A DNA stretch of 64,000 nucleotides from a bacterium (GTDB lineage Bacteria; Zhuqueibacterota; Zhuqueibacteria; Residuimicrobiales; Krinioviventaceae), in the NCBI GenBank assembly GCA_963675755.2, contig CAXXMD010000002.1:1920001-1984000 (forward strand), read 5' to 3'. A program made the position numbers and the translations under genes. Below are positions 1-9,686 of the stretch, piece after piece. Positions within the stretch are counted from its first letter, which is position 1. Each line of letters begins with the position of its first letter. The notes beneath the pieces were generated by a model, which saw only the letters and a list, made by a program, of their open reading frames with translations, did no database searches and was not told the DNA's origin.

Positions 1-1042
1 CTCGCAGCATATAAATCATGTTATTCATGAGCACAGGTGAGGGTGTATAGGGTGTATTTTTATCATATTGCCAGACTATGGCATCGGTACCGGTTATATC
101 TCCACTGGCTTTATTCAGATCAATTGCAAGCAAAGCATTACCGCGGTAACCGCTCATAACATAAACAATTCCATCAAGATACAAAGGATTAGGGATAACA
201 TTACGCGTAAGACCACTGCACTGCCATAGAATCTCTCCATTCACAGGATTATAACTGCGTACAAAGTTCGTAGCACTGGTTATGAGCTGATCCATTCCCT
301 CATGCGTTACAACAAAAGGAGTTGCCCACGATGAACCTTCATCCCTCTCTTTTTTCCAGAGCTCTTTACCGGTTAATTTATCAAGAGCCACGATAAAGGA
401 ATCTCCTTCATGGTCCCAAACAATGAATAACATATTTTTGTACAAAACCGGAGAGCTGCCTTCTCCAAAACTGCGTACCTTTTCCATTTTGCCAAAATCT
501 TTTTTCCAAATTAGCTTGCCTTGCATATTAAGACAATAGATTCCTCTAGAACCAAAGTATGCATAGATATGCTCCCCATCAGTAACCGGAGAATTTGAGG
601 CCCAGCTCCCTAGTTCATGTGTACCGTCAGGCGGCTGCTCTTCCAAAACTGTTGTCTGCCAAAGGGTCTTGCCATCTTTAATATCCACCGACAGTACTGA
701 GAAATTTAATATACTTTCTGCAACAAGCGGGGGGCCTCCACTTGCTTTTTCCTGAATATTCGAACCAGTATCTTTTATCCCCGTTTCTATAGCGGTTAAC
801 AATATGACCTGGTTTCCCCATACAATAGGGGTTGCATGTCCCCTACCCGGAACATCAAGTTTCCATTTAATATTTTGTGTCTCACTCCATTCTGTTGGAG
901 GGTTTCCATTGGGAGAAATACCAGTTGCCAGAGGTCCCCGCCATTCCGGCCAGTTGCTCAAATATTCATCCGACCTTTCAATAGCATACAAGGAAACCAA
1001 AACTGATAAAACCAACAAACTGATCATAACTAATTTATTCAT
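1..1042 (-). CDS. PQQ-binding-like (BamB-like) beta-propeller repeat protein, 3' end runs off the window
   Basis: Not in the ORF track. Read manually from ATG at 1042: MNKLVMISLLVLSVLVSLYA (signal peptide), then NWPEWRGP...WSETQNIKWK...PGRGHATPIVWG, with later SPV/TP and W-ending blade motifs. Starts 4 bp after the upstream stop. Confidence 0.85.
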   Translation of the reverse strand, partial: MNKLVMISLLVLSVLVSLYAIERSDEYLSNWPEWRGPLATGISPNGNPPTEWSETQNIKWKLDVPGRGHATPIVWGNQVILLTAIETGIKDTGSNIQEKASGGPPLVAESILNFSVLSVDIKDGKTLWQTTVLEEQPPDGTHELGSWASNSPVTDGEHIYAYFGSRGIYCLNMQGKLIWKKDFGKMEKVRSFGEGSSPVLYKNMLFIVWDHEGDSFIVALDKLTGKELWKKERDEGSSWATPFVVTHEGMDQLITSATNFVRSYNPVNGEILWQCSGLTRNVIPNPLYLDGIVYVMSGYRGNALLAIDLNKASGDITGTDAIVWQYDKNTPYTPSPVLMNNMIYMLR

Positions 1043-1046
1043 ATAA

Positions 1047-3176
1047 TCACTCCTGTTTATCTCTTGTTTTTATGGCATTTAAAATACGTTCCGGGGTCAT
1101 GGGCAGCGTGTGCATTCTTATCCCGATAGCATCACTGACCGCATTGGCAATGACTGCTCCGCTGGTAGTAATTGCAGGTTCTCCACAACCCTGTGGAGCA
1201 AGTTCAGGATTATCAATGAGAACTGCTTCGACTACAGGCGCCCAACTGAATCGGGTGATTGGGTAGGTGTCAAAATTTTCTGTAAAAATCTCACCACCAT
1301 TGAATTCTATTTCTTCACTCAAACAATATCCTATTCCCATGGTAATGCCGCCTTCAATCTGAAGTTTTGCTCCCAATGGATTAATGATCTCACCCATATC
1401 CTGTGCGCTTACCACGCGCTTGACTGTTACTATTCCTGTTCTTTCATCCACCTTAACCTCGGCTATTGTTGCAACATAGGTATTGAGATAATCCGTACAA
1501 GCAATGCCGTATCCCTTTCCACTGGGACCTTTGAAAAATGTTTTACCAAATTGATCTGCAGCCGCTTTTAACACCCGCACCATCCGTTCATCCGTTAAAT
1601 TTTTCAGTCGAAAACTGAGCGGATCCATACCCGCCGCCCAGGCCATCACATCGGTATGCGATTCCATGGCAAAGACATTGGTATTGCTGCCGGGGCCCCG
1701 CCAGGCTCCGGTATCGAATGGATGTACATCACTTGCCCGATTGGATAAAACACGATAATTAGGTATATCATAAATGGGTTCTGCGCTTCGGTTTCCGGGA
1801 TAATAGTGATCAAAGTCCCAGAATGTGATACGCCCTTTTTCATCAATTCCGGATCGGGCATGAATAACTGCCGCGGGTCTGAACGCATCGTAAAAGAACT
1901 CTTCTTTGCGGGTAAAGGCAATCTGCACGGGCTTGCCGGTAATTTTGGCCAGTTGAGCAGCTTCGGTTATTTCAGTACTGGACTTTTTACCGCCAAATCC
2001 ACCACCAATAAAAGGTGTACGTAAATGCACCTGCTCCGGTTTTACGTTGAGGGCATCTGCAATTTTCTCCTGCACACGGAATGGAGTTTGAGAAGAGCAC
2101 CAAACATCGATCATGTCACTCTTTACATCAACCAGGACGGTATGGGTTTCTATGGGCGCATGTGCAACATAGTGGTTATAATATTTTTCATCAAAAGTCT
2201 TGAATCTTTTTGCACCCGCAATATCCCCTTTTTCTGTAACCGGTCTTTTCTCCGATTCCAGATTTAATAAATGATCAAATACCGTTTCATTATTCAATTC
2301 ACTGGCAGGACTATCATACTCTGCCTTTACAAGATCAATGGCTCTTTCTGCAATATCGGGCTGTTCATGTAATACGGCTATCAGACCGTTCTGCTCAACC
2401 ACCGTCACACCGGGCACTGATTTTGCCGTCGTTGTATCTACTGATTTCAATTTTGCATTATGAGACGGAGGACGCAATACTCTGGCGTACAGCATACCGG
2501 GTAAACGGATATCCCCGGTAAATTTGGCTGCACCAGTAACTTTATCCCGGATGTCTGAACGCCTGATAGCTTTACCGGATACCTTGTGCTCGCTAAAATG
2601 TTTTATCTTTGATTCTGCATTGCGTTCAATTCGCCGGCCCTGGGCCAATTCTGCATAGTTAACCGATTTATCCGGATCTGATTTTGAAGATACTACCCCG
2701 TTGCGAACCATCAGCCCTTCAACCGGAATGCCCAGCTTTTCAGATGCCAGTTGCAGCAGTACCGCTCTTGCTTCAGCACCTGCCCGACGAAGCGCAGGAC
2801 CAAACACTTTGGTACTTCGTGATCCGGTGGTACCGCCATCCCAGGGACACAACAATGTATCACCCATGACCATATCCACCTGATCGAGTGCAACATCCAG
2901 CTCTTCTGCCAGCATTTGTGCCAGGGAGGTTATTATACCTTGCCCCATTTCTATCTTGCCCGTATAACAACTCACCCGACCATCTGCACCAATGAGCAGG
3001 TATGCGTTAAAATTACTGGGATATCCCCTTCGGTTCCCCTGTCCAACAGTAATGGTTGGATACAGCGAAAACAATATAGCAATGCCGCCACTGGTTTGAA
3101 TAAATTGTCTACGATCAATCTTTTGTACCTGCAATAATTCAACTAACAGAGATGCGGATATATTCTGATTTTTCAT
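1047..3176 (-). CDS. Xanthine dehydrogenase-family molybdopterin-binding subunit (IorB-like)
   Basis: Tat-like RRQFI; motifs EMGQG, TTGSRS, GGGFGGK, WRGPG, QIEGG, GCGEP. Confidence 0.92.
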   Translation of the reverse strand: MKNQNISASLLVELLQVQKIDRRQFIQTSGGIAILFSLYPTITVGQGNRRGYPSNFNAYLLIGADGRVSCYTGKIEMGQGIITSLAQMLAEELDVALDQVDMVMGDTLLCPWDGGTTGSRSTKVFGPALRRAGAEARAVLLQLASEKLGIPVEGLMVRNGVVSSKSDPDKSVNYAELAQGRRIERNAESKIKHFSEHKVSGKAIRRSDIRDKVTGAAKFTGDIRLPGMLYARVLRPPSHNAKLKSVDTTTAKSVPGVTVVEQNGLIAVLHEQPDIAERAIDLVKAEYDSPASELNNETVFDHLLNLESEKRPVTEKGDIAGAKRFKTFDEKYYNHYVAHAPIETHTVLVDVKSDMIDVWCSSQTPFRVQEKIADALNVKPEQVHLRTPFIGGGFGGKKSSTEITEAAQLAKITGKPVQIAFTRKEEFFYDAFRPAAVIHARSGIDEKGRITFWDFDHYYPGNRSAEPIYDIPNYRVLSNRASDVHPFDTGAWRGPGSNTNVFAMESHTDVMAWAAGMDPLSFRLKNLTDERMVRVLKAAADQFGKTFFKGPSGKGYGIACTDYLNTYVATIAEVKVDERTGIVTVKRVVSAQDMGEIINPLGAKLQIEGGITMGIGYCLSEEIEFNGGEIFTENFDTYPITRFSWAPVVEAVLIDNPELAPQGCGEPAITTSGAVIANAVSDAIGIRMHTLPMTPERILNAIKTRDKQE

Positions 3177-3655
3177 CGTGCACCTCCCTTACGCATTTCC
3201 TCAGTCGCAGTAAAAATGGCCTGTACTATGCGCTTGTACGATCCGCAACGACAAAGATTGTCATCCATGCCCTCTGTTATTTCCTGTTCTGTTGCAGTTG
3301 GATTCTCCATCAATAAGCTATAAGCATTCAGAATCATCCCGGGTGTGCAGAATCCACACTGGACCGCATTGTGTTCAATAAAAGCTTTTTGCAGGGGATG
3401 TAGGCTGCCATTATTGGACAAGCCTTCTATGGTAATGACAGATTTGGATTGCACTGATTTAATCAGTGTCTGGCAGGATCGGACTGCACGCTCATTGACA
3501 AGGACCGTACACGAACCACAGAGTCCCTCTCCGCAGCCGTATTTGGTACCGGTAAGTTCAAACTCGGTCCGCAATACCCATAACAGACTGCGGCTACTGT
3601 CTGTGGATACAGAAACCGATTTACCATTCAAGGTAAAATTTATTGTTTCGTTCAT
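3173..3655 (-). CDS. (2Fe-2S)-binding small subunit (IorA/CoxS-like)
   Basis: GCGEGLCGSC, QCGFCTPG and LCRCG motifs; ATGA overlap with the large subunit. Confidence 0.95.
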   Translation of the reverse strand: MNETINFTLNGKSVSVSTDSSRSLLWVLRTEFELTGTKYGCGEGLCGSCTVLVNERAVRSCQTLIKSVQSKSVITIEGLSNNGSLHPLQKAFIEHNAVQCGFCTPGMILNAYSLLMENPTATEQEITEGMDDNLCRCGSYKRIVQAIFTATEEMRKGGAR

Positions 3656-3871
3656 GGTGTGCTCCTGTAAAATGACAAGAACGTTACCGAAAGCAAAATA
3701 GACAAGTATATTACAGTATAAGCGTTACCTGATAAAGGCGCAACAGTAAAATGCACTTGGATTTACATGAACGTTGTTTTTATCAGCAGTAATCATATTA
3801 AATTTGAATGGCCAGATCAAAAACCATGATTACAGGATTAAAAAGATTTACATGATTAGATTTTCATCGGC

Positions 3872-4115
3872 CCATCCACCAGCTGGCGGATGGAAGCAAA
3901 TGGCAAGGATAAACACTGTTTATCCATTTAATTGGGTTTTTTATATATTTTCAACTACTTGAATTCACATAAACAGAGTTTATGTGTACCATTTCCGTCC
4001 GAAATCGGAATTTCGGACGGAGTAGTATTTGTTTTTTTTTATTCTCGTGCCTTGGCTCTGACTGGGCACGCTATAAACTGATTTTTAGGTTCCGCGGCAG
4101 AGACACGGAACCAGG
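3872..4115. repeat. Cluster of REP/REPIN-like palindromes
   Basis: CCATCCACCAGCTGGCGGATGG, GGATAAACACTGTTTATCC, CACATAAACAGAGTTTATGTG, TCCGTCCGAAATCGGAATTTCGGACGGA, and a CTCGTGCC...GGTTCC...GGAACCAGG doublet. Confidence 0.75.
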
Positions 4116-4304
4116 AAAACCGACATTTTTCTAATCAAGATAATCCTTAAATCAAAATCTTTGATCGCCGGGTATATTTCTTCCCTGTTTGAATTAGGAT
4201 GTATAGGATGGGAAAGTATCCGCTTTTTAAATCCGATAATCCTACTCATCCTAAAAATCTTTTTTCATACGACTGTTTCCGCCCGGCCCGTCGATACGTC
4301 CCGG

Positions 4305-4517
4305 TGACTGTTGAAATAGGTCACGGCTTCAAAACACCAAGGATTCTCCGTCCCAAATTCCGATTTGGGACGGAACTATGGAGCGAAGCTCTGCTTCGCA
4401 AATCTCTGTAAATTAGAGATTTGTGCATTGAGGAATCTTCTCCAAGCACAGCTTGAGGCCAACTTTCCTGCTCAAATTTTATTTGGGCAGGAAAGTTAAT
4501 GGCTTTTTCAACAGTCA
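4305..4517. mobile_element. MITE-like element with IS-type terminal inverted repeats and internal palindromes
   Basis: TGACTGTTGAAA...TTTCAACAGTCA TIRs, with CCGG on both sides (4301-4304, 4518-4521). No transposase ORF. Confidence 0.65.
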
Positions 4518-4540
4518 CCGGGAAGATTTTATTTTTACCT

Positions 4541-5020
4541 GTCTGAATTAGGATGTAAAGGATTCAAGGATAAATAGGATTAGGAAATATCCGTTTTTTA
4601 TATCCAATAATCTTACTCATCCTAAAAATCATAATTCAGACGACTGTTACCTGCCGGCGCTTCGATATGGTCCGTTTCACGGACCTACTCAGCAACCGGT
4701 CTTTTTCCAATCAAGTGAATCAGGATAATCCTTTAATCAAGGTCTTAATTCAGACAATCCACCAGGGCCGGTTCCTGAGTATCTGCCGCAGGCAGAGTAT
4801 CGAAGGACAAGGCCCTGCTATCAATTATCGGCCCTTTGATACTCTCGTGAGCTTGACGCTCACTCGAACTCAGGGCCCGGTTCTGTGCTCATTTATCGCG
4901 TCTCAAGCTTTTACTGAAGACTGATTACTGACTACTGATAACTCCATACTTACAGCTTATAGCTTATAGCTATAGCCCATTTCACCTGTGAACTGAGAAC
5001 TGATAACTGAATACTGACTA
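4541..5020. repeat. REP mosaic: GTCTGAATTAGGAT...AATTCAGAC element, three CTTYGATA...CTCAG hairpin elements, 7-nt ACTGAxx run
   Basis: The same modules recur at 6.8-7.9 kb, 42.1-42.4 kb, 44.2 kb, 48.1 kb and 50.6-51.1 kb. Confidence 0.8.
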
Positions 5021-5037
5021 CTCTAAACAGATAATTC

Positions 5038-5075
5038 TTGACAACCACATTTAATATCACTATATTCATTGAATA
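5038..5075 (+). promoter_or_regulatory. Sigma70-type promoter of the tetR-esterase operon, with an overlapping palindrome (candidate TetR operator)
   Basis: TTGACA(5038)-17 bp-TATATT(5061); TATTCA-T-TGAATA at 5063-5075. Confidence 0.7.
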
Positions 5076-5103
5076 AAATTTCAATCAATAATAGGTATTC
5101 ATT

Positions 5104-5718
5104 TTGGCCAGAAATAAAGAACTGAATGAAAAACTCCGGGACGAGCGTATTGAGCTGATACTTACAACCGCGCTTACCCTTTTTGCGTCCCGTGGACTGG
5201 CAGCAACAAAGATCACGGATATTGCCAAGGCTGCCAACATGTCCCAGGGACTTTTGTATCATTATTACGCTTCAAAGGAAGAGATATTTACCGAACTGGT
5301 GACCCGCGCCTTTGAACGGCTTGTTGCCGCCAGCAAGGGATTGGAAGCTGACCCTTCTTCTCCCGCAGAAAAGATCAAAATGGCAATAAAGGCCCTGCTT
5401 GAAGGATTTGAAAACAGTAAAAATGCGGCCAATTATTACCTTCTCATTGCCCACGCGGAATTGTCTGATGCGAGCCCTGTGGAAGCCAAAACAGCAATTC
5501 AAAAATACTGGCACACCCCCTATCAGGTTATGGAGGGGATCATGCGCCAGGGCCAGCAGGACGGTACCATAAAAAATCATAATCCTGCTGAAATGGCCCA
5601 ATTGTTCTGGAACACTATCAATGGCATTGCCATGTATCGGGCCATGCACCCGGATATTTATAAATCCCCGGATTTGGAGATCATTTCCGGGATGTTTTTA
5701 ACTGAAATCAAGGAGTAA
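5104..5718 (+). CDS. TetR/AcrR family transcriptional regulator
   Basis: N-terminal HTH: ALTLFASRGLAATKITDIAKAANMSQGLLYHYYASKEEIF; TTG start. Confidence 0.93.
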   Translation: MARNKELNEKLRDERIELILTTALTLFASRGLAATKITDIAKAANMSQGLLYHYYASKEEIFTELVTRAFERLVAASKGLEADPSSPAEKIKMAIKALLEGFENSKNAANYYLLIAHAELSDASPVEAKTAIQKYWHTPYQVMEGIMRQGQQDGTIKNHNPAEMAQLFWNTINGIAMYRAMHPDIYKSPDLEIISGMFLTEIKE

Positions 5719-5724
5719 CCATAC

Positions 5725-6657
5725 ATGCCAAGTTTTAAAAGTAAACTGTTTGTATTCATATTAAAGCACCGTCATTTGATGGAGTTCAGATTAAAACGGA
5801 CCACCTCTGTGGATGAACAAACAGACCTTACCAAACTGCGCGCCCAGGTAGAACGCGGCGGCGGGTTCTGGGGCAAACTGCCGAAAGGATTTGAACTCGC
5901 TCCCATTGACATTGACGGGCTGGATGCCGAATGGATGTACCCGCCCAATACGGACAAATCCAAAGCGATCCTCTATTTTCACGGCGGCGGTCTGGTCCTC
6001 GGTTCCATCAGCGCGCACCGCAGTATCGTCGCGAAATTCGTACAGGATACCGGCATAGGCGCCATGCTGTTCGATTATGCCCTGGCGCCGGAGAATCCCT
6101 ACCCCGCAGGATTGAATGATTCGCTCAAAGTCTATCAGCACATGTTGGACAATGGTATAAAACCTGAAAACATTGCCTTTATGGGAGATTCCGGCGGCGG
6201 TAACCTGGTCTATGCAACCATGCTGGCGTTAAAAGAGAAAAACATTCCCCTGCCGGGAGCAGCAGTGAGCTTGTCCGCATGGACCGATCTCACCAACTCT
6301 GGTGAATCGTGGCAGTTTAACGATGAAAAAGATACCCTCTGCTGGAAAGAAGCGCAAAAAGTGTTCAGCGGATATTATTGCGTGGATAATGATCCCAAAA
6401 ATCCCCTGATCTCTCCCCTGTTCGGCGATCTGTCAGGTCTCCCGCCCCTGCTCATGTTTGCCGGTGGTGATGAAGGTATGCTCAGCGATACGACCCGATT
6501 CGCGGAAAAAGCGAAATCCGCAGGTGTGGATGTAACCCTGCGCGTGGGTGAAGGACTCTTTCACTGCTATCCCGCTTGTGCACCCATCTTTCCCGAAGCC
6601 ACAGAAGCCAAAGACGAGATTTGCACGTTTATTAAGGAAAAACTGAATGTAAAATAA
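5725..6657 (+). CDS. Alpha/beta hydrolase (HSL-family esterase)
   Basis: HGGG oxyanion motif, GDSGG nucleophile, LAPENPYPA. Confidence 0.93.
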   Translation: MPSFKSKLFVFILKHRHLMEFRLKRTTSVDEQTDLTKLRAQVERGGGFWGKLPKGFELAPIDIDGLDAEWMYPPNTDKSKAILYFHGGGLVLGSISAHRSIVAKFVQDTGIGAMLFDYALAPENPYPAGLNDSLKVYQHMLDNGIKPENIAFMGDSGGGNLVYATMLALKEKNIPLPGAAVSLSAWTDLTNSGESWQFNDEKDTLCWKEAQKVFSGYYCVDNDPKNPLISPLFGDLSGLPPLLMFAGGDEGMLSDTTRFAEKAKSAGVDVTLRVGEGLFHCYPACAPIFPEATEAKDEICTFIKEKLNVK

Positions 6658-6859
6658 GAAACGGCCTTTTAATTAACGGTGAGTGCGCAGAGTAACGCAG
6701 AGAAATCCTTCGCGGCCTCTGCGTTAATTACTCGTTCCCAAACTCCTATTTGGGAAAGCAATAGAATGGATAAACTCTATTTATCCAATTATTTCCCCTC
6801 GTGTTTGAATTAAGATTTAAGGATGATTAGGATTGATATTGTCTGTTTTTCAAATCTTA

Positions 6860-7906
6860 AAATCTTACTCATCCTACGAATCATAATTCAGACATTTTTT
6901 TGATCGCCGGGTACATTTGTGCCCGGCGGAATTATAGGGCAGGACTTGAGTCCTGCATAAAAATTTAGATAAATATATCACAATGTAATATCATATCACT
7001 TTTTCTGTCTGAATTAGGATGCATAGAATTTAAGGATGAACAGGATTGGGAAATATCCGTTTTTTTTAATCCTATAATCATACTCATCCTAATAATCTTA
7101 ATTCAGACGACTGTTACCGGCCGGCCCTTCGATACTCTCGTGAGCTTGACGCTCACTCGAACTCAGGGTCCGGTTTTCTATCCTAGAATCTTACTCATCC
7201 TACGAATCATAAATCAGACATTTTTTTGTTCGCCGGGTACATTTGTGCCCGGCGGAATTATAGGGCAGGACTTGAGTCCTGCATAAAAATTTAGATAAAT
7301 ATATCACAATGTAATATCATATCACTTTTTCTGTCTGAATTAGGATGCATAGAATTTAAGGATGAACAGGATTGGGAAATATCCGTTTTTTTTAATCCTA
7401 TAATCATATTCATCCTAAAAATCTTAATTCAGACGACTGTTACCGGACGGCCCTTCGATACTCTCTCCGCCAGCCGGCGGATCGAACTCGGCCCGGTTTT
7501 CTATCCTAGAATCTTATTCATCCTATGAATCATAATTCAAACTTTTTTTTGATCGCCGGGTACATTTGTGCCCGGCGGAATTATAGGGCATAACTTGAGT
7601 CCTGCATAAAAATTAAAATAAATATATCACAATGTAATATCATATCATTTTTTCTGTCTGAATTAGGATGCATAGGATTAAAAGATTAACAGGATTAGGA
7701 AATATCCGTTTTTATAATCCTATAATCATATTCATCCCAATAATTTTAATTCAGAAGACTGTTACCGGACGGCCCTTCGATACTCTCTCCGCCAGCCGGC
7801 GGATCGAACTCAGGGTCCGGTTTTCTATCCAATAATCTTATTCATCCTATGAATCATAAATCAGACATTTTTTTGTTCGCCGGGTACATTTGTGCCCGGC
7901 GGAATT
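6860..7906. repeat. Tandem array of ~325-bp composite REP units (3 full copies plus a partial; BIME-like)
   Basis: CGCCGGGTACATTTGTGCCCGGCG at 6905, 7231, 7554 and 7878 (periods 326, 323, 324); intervening sequence is near-identical. Confidence 0.95.
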
Positions 7907-7961
7907 TTTATGACTGAAAGCGTTAACTTTTCAACAAAGGGGCGAGCTACCATTTTTTGCA

Positions 7962-8570
7962 TTATATTGATAAATTTTGGGGAATTCTTTCTAAAATTCT
8001 TTTTCGTTTGCTGTCATTAATCTTTTTAACAAATCCATAGTTTATCCAACGAACATTCTTAATTCCAAGTTTTTTAAATGTTCCATTTACAAGTGCATTG
8101 TAAACACAATTTTTATATTTGAGAGAATACAAAAAATGTGGAGTGTTCATCGTAGTAATTACTGTTACTTTATTCAAAGTATTAGAAATTGCTTTCATTG
8201 AAAATTCACTTTTATATGTATAAAATAATTCTGGAAAAATAACTTTATCAATAAATCCTTTCATCTGTGCTGGCATCAATTCCCACCAGATTGGGAAAAC
8301 CAGAATCAAATGGTCACATCCATTGATCTTTTCTGCAAATTGAACAGAGAGTGGATCCAAATTTTCAATTTTTATTCCGCGTGGAGTTCTTGCCTGCGAA
8401 AATTCAAATAACTCCTTTGCTGTCATTACTGGATTAAATTGAATTTGAGCCAAATCAATGTGCTCTACTGTATGACCTTTATTCTCAAGTAACACCTCTT
8501 TTATTCGCTTGACGATTGCCGCATTGAAGGACTTTTCATAAGGGTGGTAGCTTATTAATACATGTTTCAT
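7962..8570 (-). CDS. NAD(P)H-dependent oxidoreductase, flavodoxin-like fold
   Basis: YHPYEKSFN, FNPV, FPIWWELMPAQMKGFIDKV. Confidence 0.9.
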   Translation of the reverse strand: MKHVLISYHPYEKSFNAAIVKRIKEVLLENKGHTVEHIDLAQIQFNPVMTAKELFEFSQARTPRGIKIENLDPLSVQFAEKINGCDHLILVFPIWWELMPAQMKGFIDKVIFPELFYTYKSEFSMKAISNTLNKVTVITTMNTPHFLYSLKYKNCVYNALVNGTFKKLGIKNVRWINYGFVKKINDSKRKRILERIPQNLSI

Positions 8571-8664
8571 ACGAACTCCTATGCTAATTCAACAGAATTA
8601 AATTTATGATGATGAATTTAAGCACACAGGGTATCTTTTCCATTAACAATTGTTAATTAAGGTA

Positions 8665-9204
8665 TTATTTTGATCGCAATCGACTAAGACTCTCTGGTTT
8701 AATACCAATATATGAAGCTATGTATTTTTGCTTTACACGTTGAATAATATCTGGTCTTGTTTTTACCAATTCGGCGTATCTATCTTTTGCGTTCAATGAC
8801 AATAAAGTCTGCAACCTCATAATATAATCAGACAAACGTTGTTCTAAGCCTTTCATGTACTGATCTTTTAAATCAGGGGATTTAGAATATAATTTTTGTA
8901 AATTGTCTTTGGGAATAACATAAAGCTCACTTTTTTCAATTGTTTCCAGCCAATATGTAGATGGTTTATTATTTAGAAATGATGAAAATGAAGAAACAAA
9001 AGAATTTTCTAAAAAAAATTCAAGGGTAACTTGATCAATATCAGTATAAAAATAAAGTCTAATACCTCCTGTAAGAACAAAATAGGTGGACTTGGCCACA
9101 TTACCTTCTTGTAAAAGAACACACCCTTCGTCTACAGAAATCATTTCTCCAAATTCTTGAACCACACTTTTGTTTATTTCCGGAATAATCATCTGGTTAT
9201 TCAC
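8665..9204 (-). CDS. Crp/Fnr family transcriptional regulator
   Basis: cNMP-binding fold (LLQEG...YFVLTGGIRLY) and C-terminal QKYIASYIGIKPESLSRLR. Confidence 0.92.
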   Translation of the reverse strand: MNNQMIIPEINKSVVQEFGEMISVDEGCVLLQEGNVAKSTYFVLTGGIRLYFYTDIDQVTLEFFLENSFVSSFSSFLNNKPSTYWLETIEKSELYVIPKDNLQKLYSKSPDLKDQYMKGLEQRLSDYIMRLQTLLSLNAKDRYAELVKTRPDIIQRVKQKYIASYIGIKPESLSRLRSK

Positions 9205-9686
9205 CTCAATTCCTGCTCGTAAAAAAAAATTAAAATCATTAACATTTAAAAATAAGAGATACGTTTTTAAGGAACAATACTTTTTACTAATTGTTGTTTA
9301 TTTTCCAAATTAATTTCAAATTACAATCTCTTATTAGGAAAGGCAATGACAATAATAATCCTTGTTCATTAAATAATACAATATCATTTAATAATAAACA
9401 ATTGTCATCCCCCCAAATGTGTTATGTAAATCATTGCCTTCTTTTCGTCTGATTGTGAATCGAGATAAGTAATTATGATGTATTGGATTGAAGAATATCT
9501 GCTTTTTAAATCCAATAATCTTACTCATCCTAATAATCTTAATTCAGACTATTATGCCCGTCTGCGTTTTACCTGATTACTGACAACTGATTACTGATTA
9601 CTGATTACTATAAAATAATTATTTCCAATTCACACCCAAAATCACTAAATTACCAAATAAAAACAAATAAAATACGAGAGAAAACC

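Noticed and set aside
3774-4924. Short ORFs (3774-3962, 4199-4411, 4321-4518, 4667-4924)
   Set aside because: They run through REP/MITE palindromes and have no recognisable protein motifs.
6860-7906. Possible CRISPR array (regularly spaced palindromic repeats)
   Set aside because: The period is ~325 bp, the intervening DNA is near-identical rather than unique 30-40 nt spacers, and no cas genes are present.
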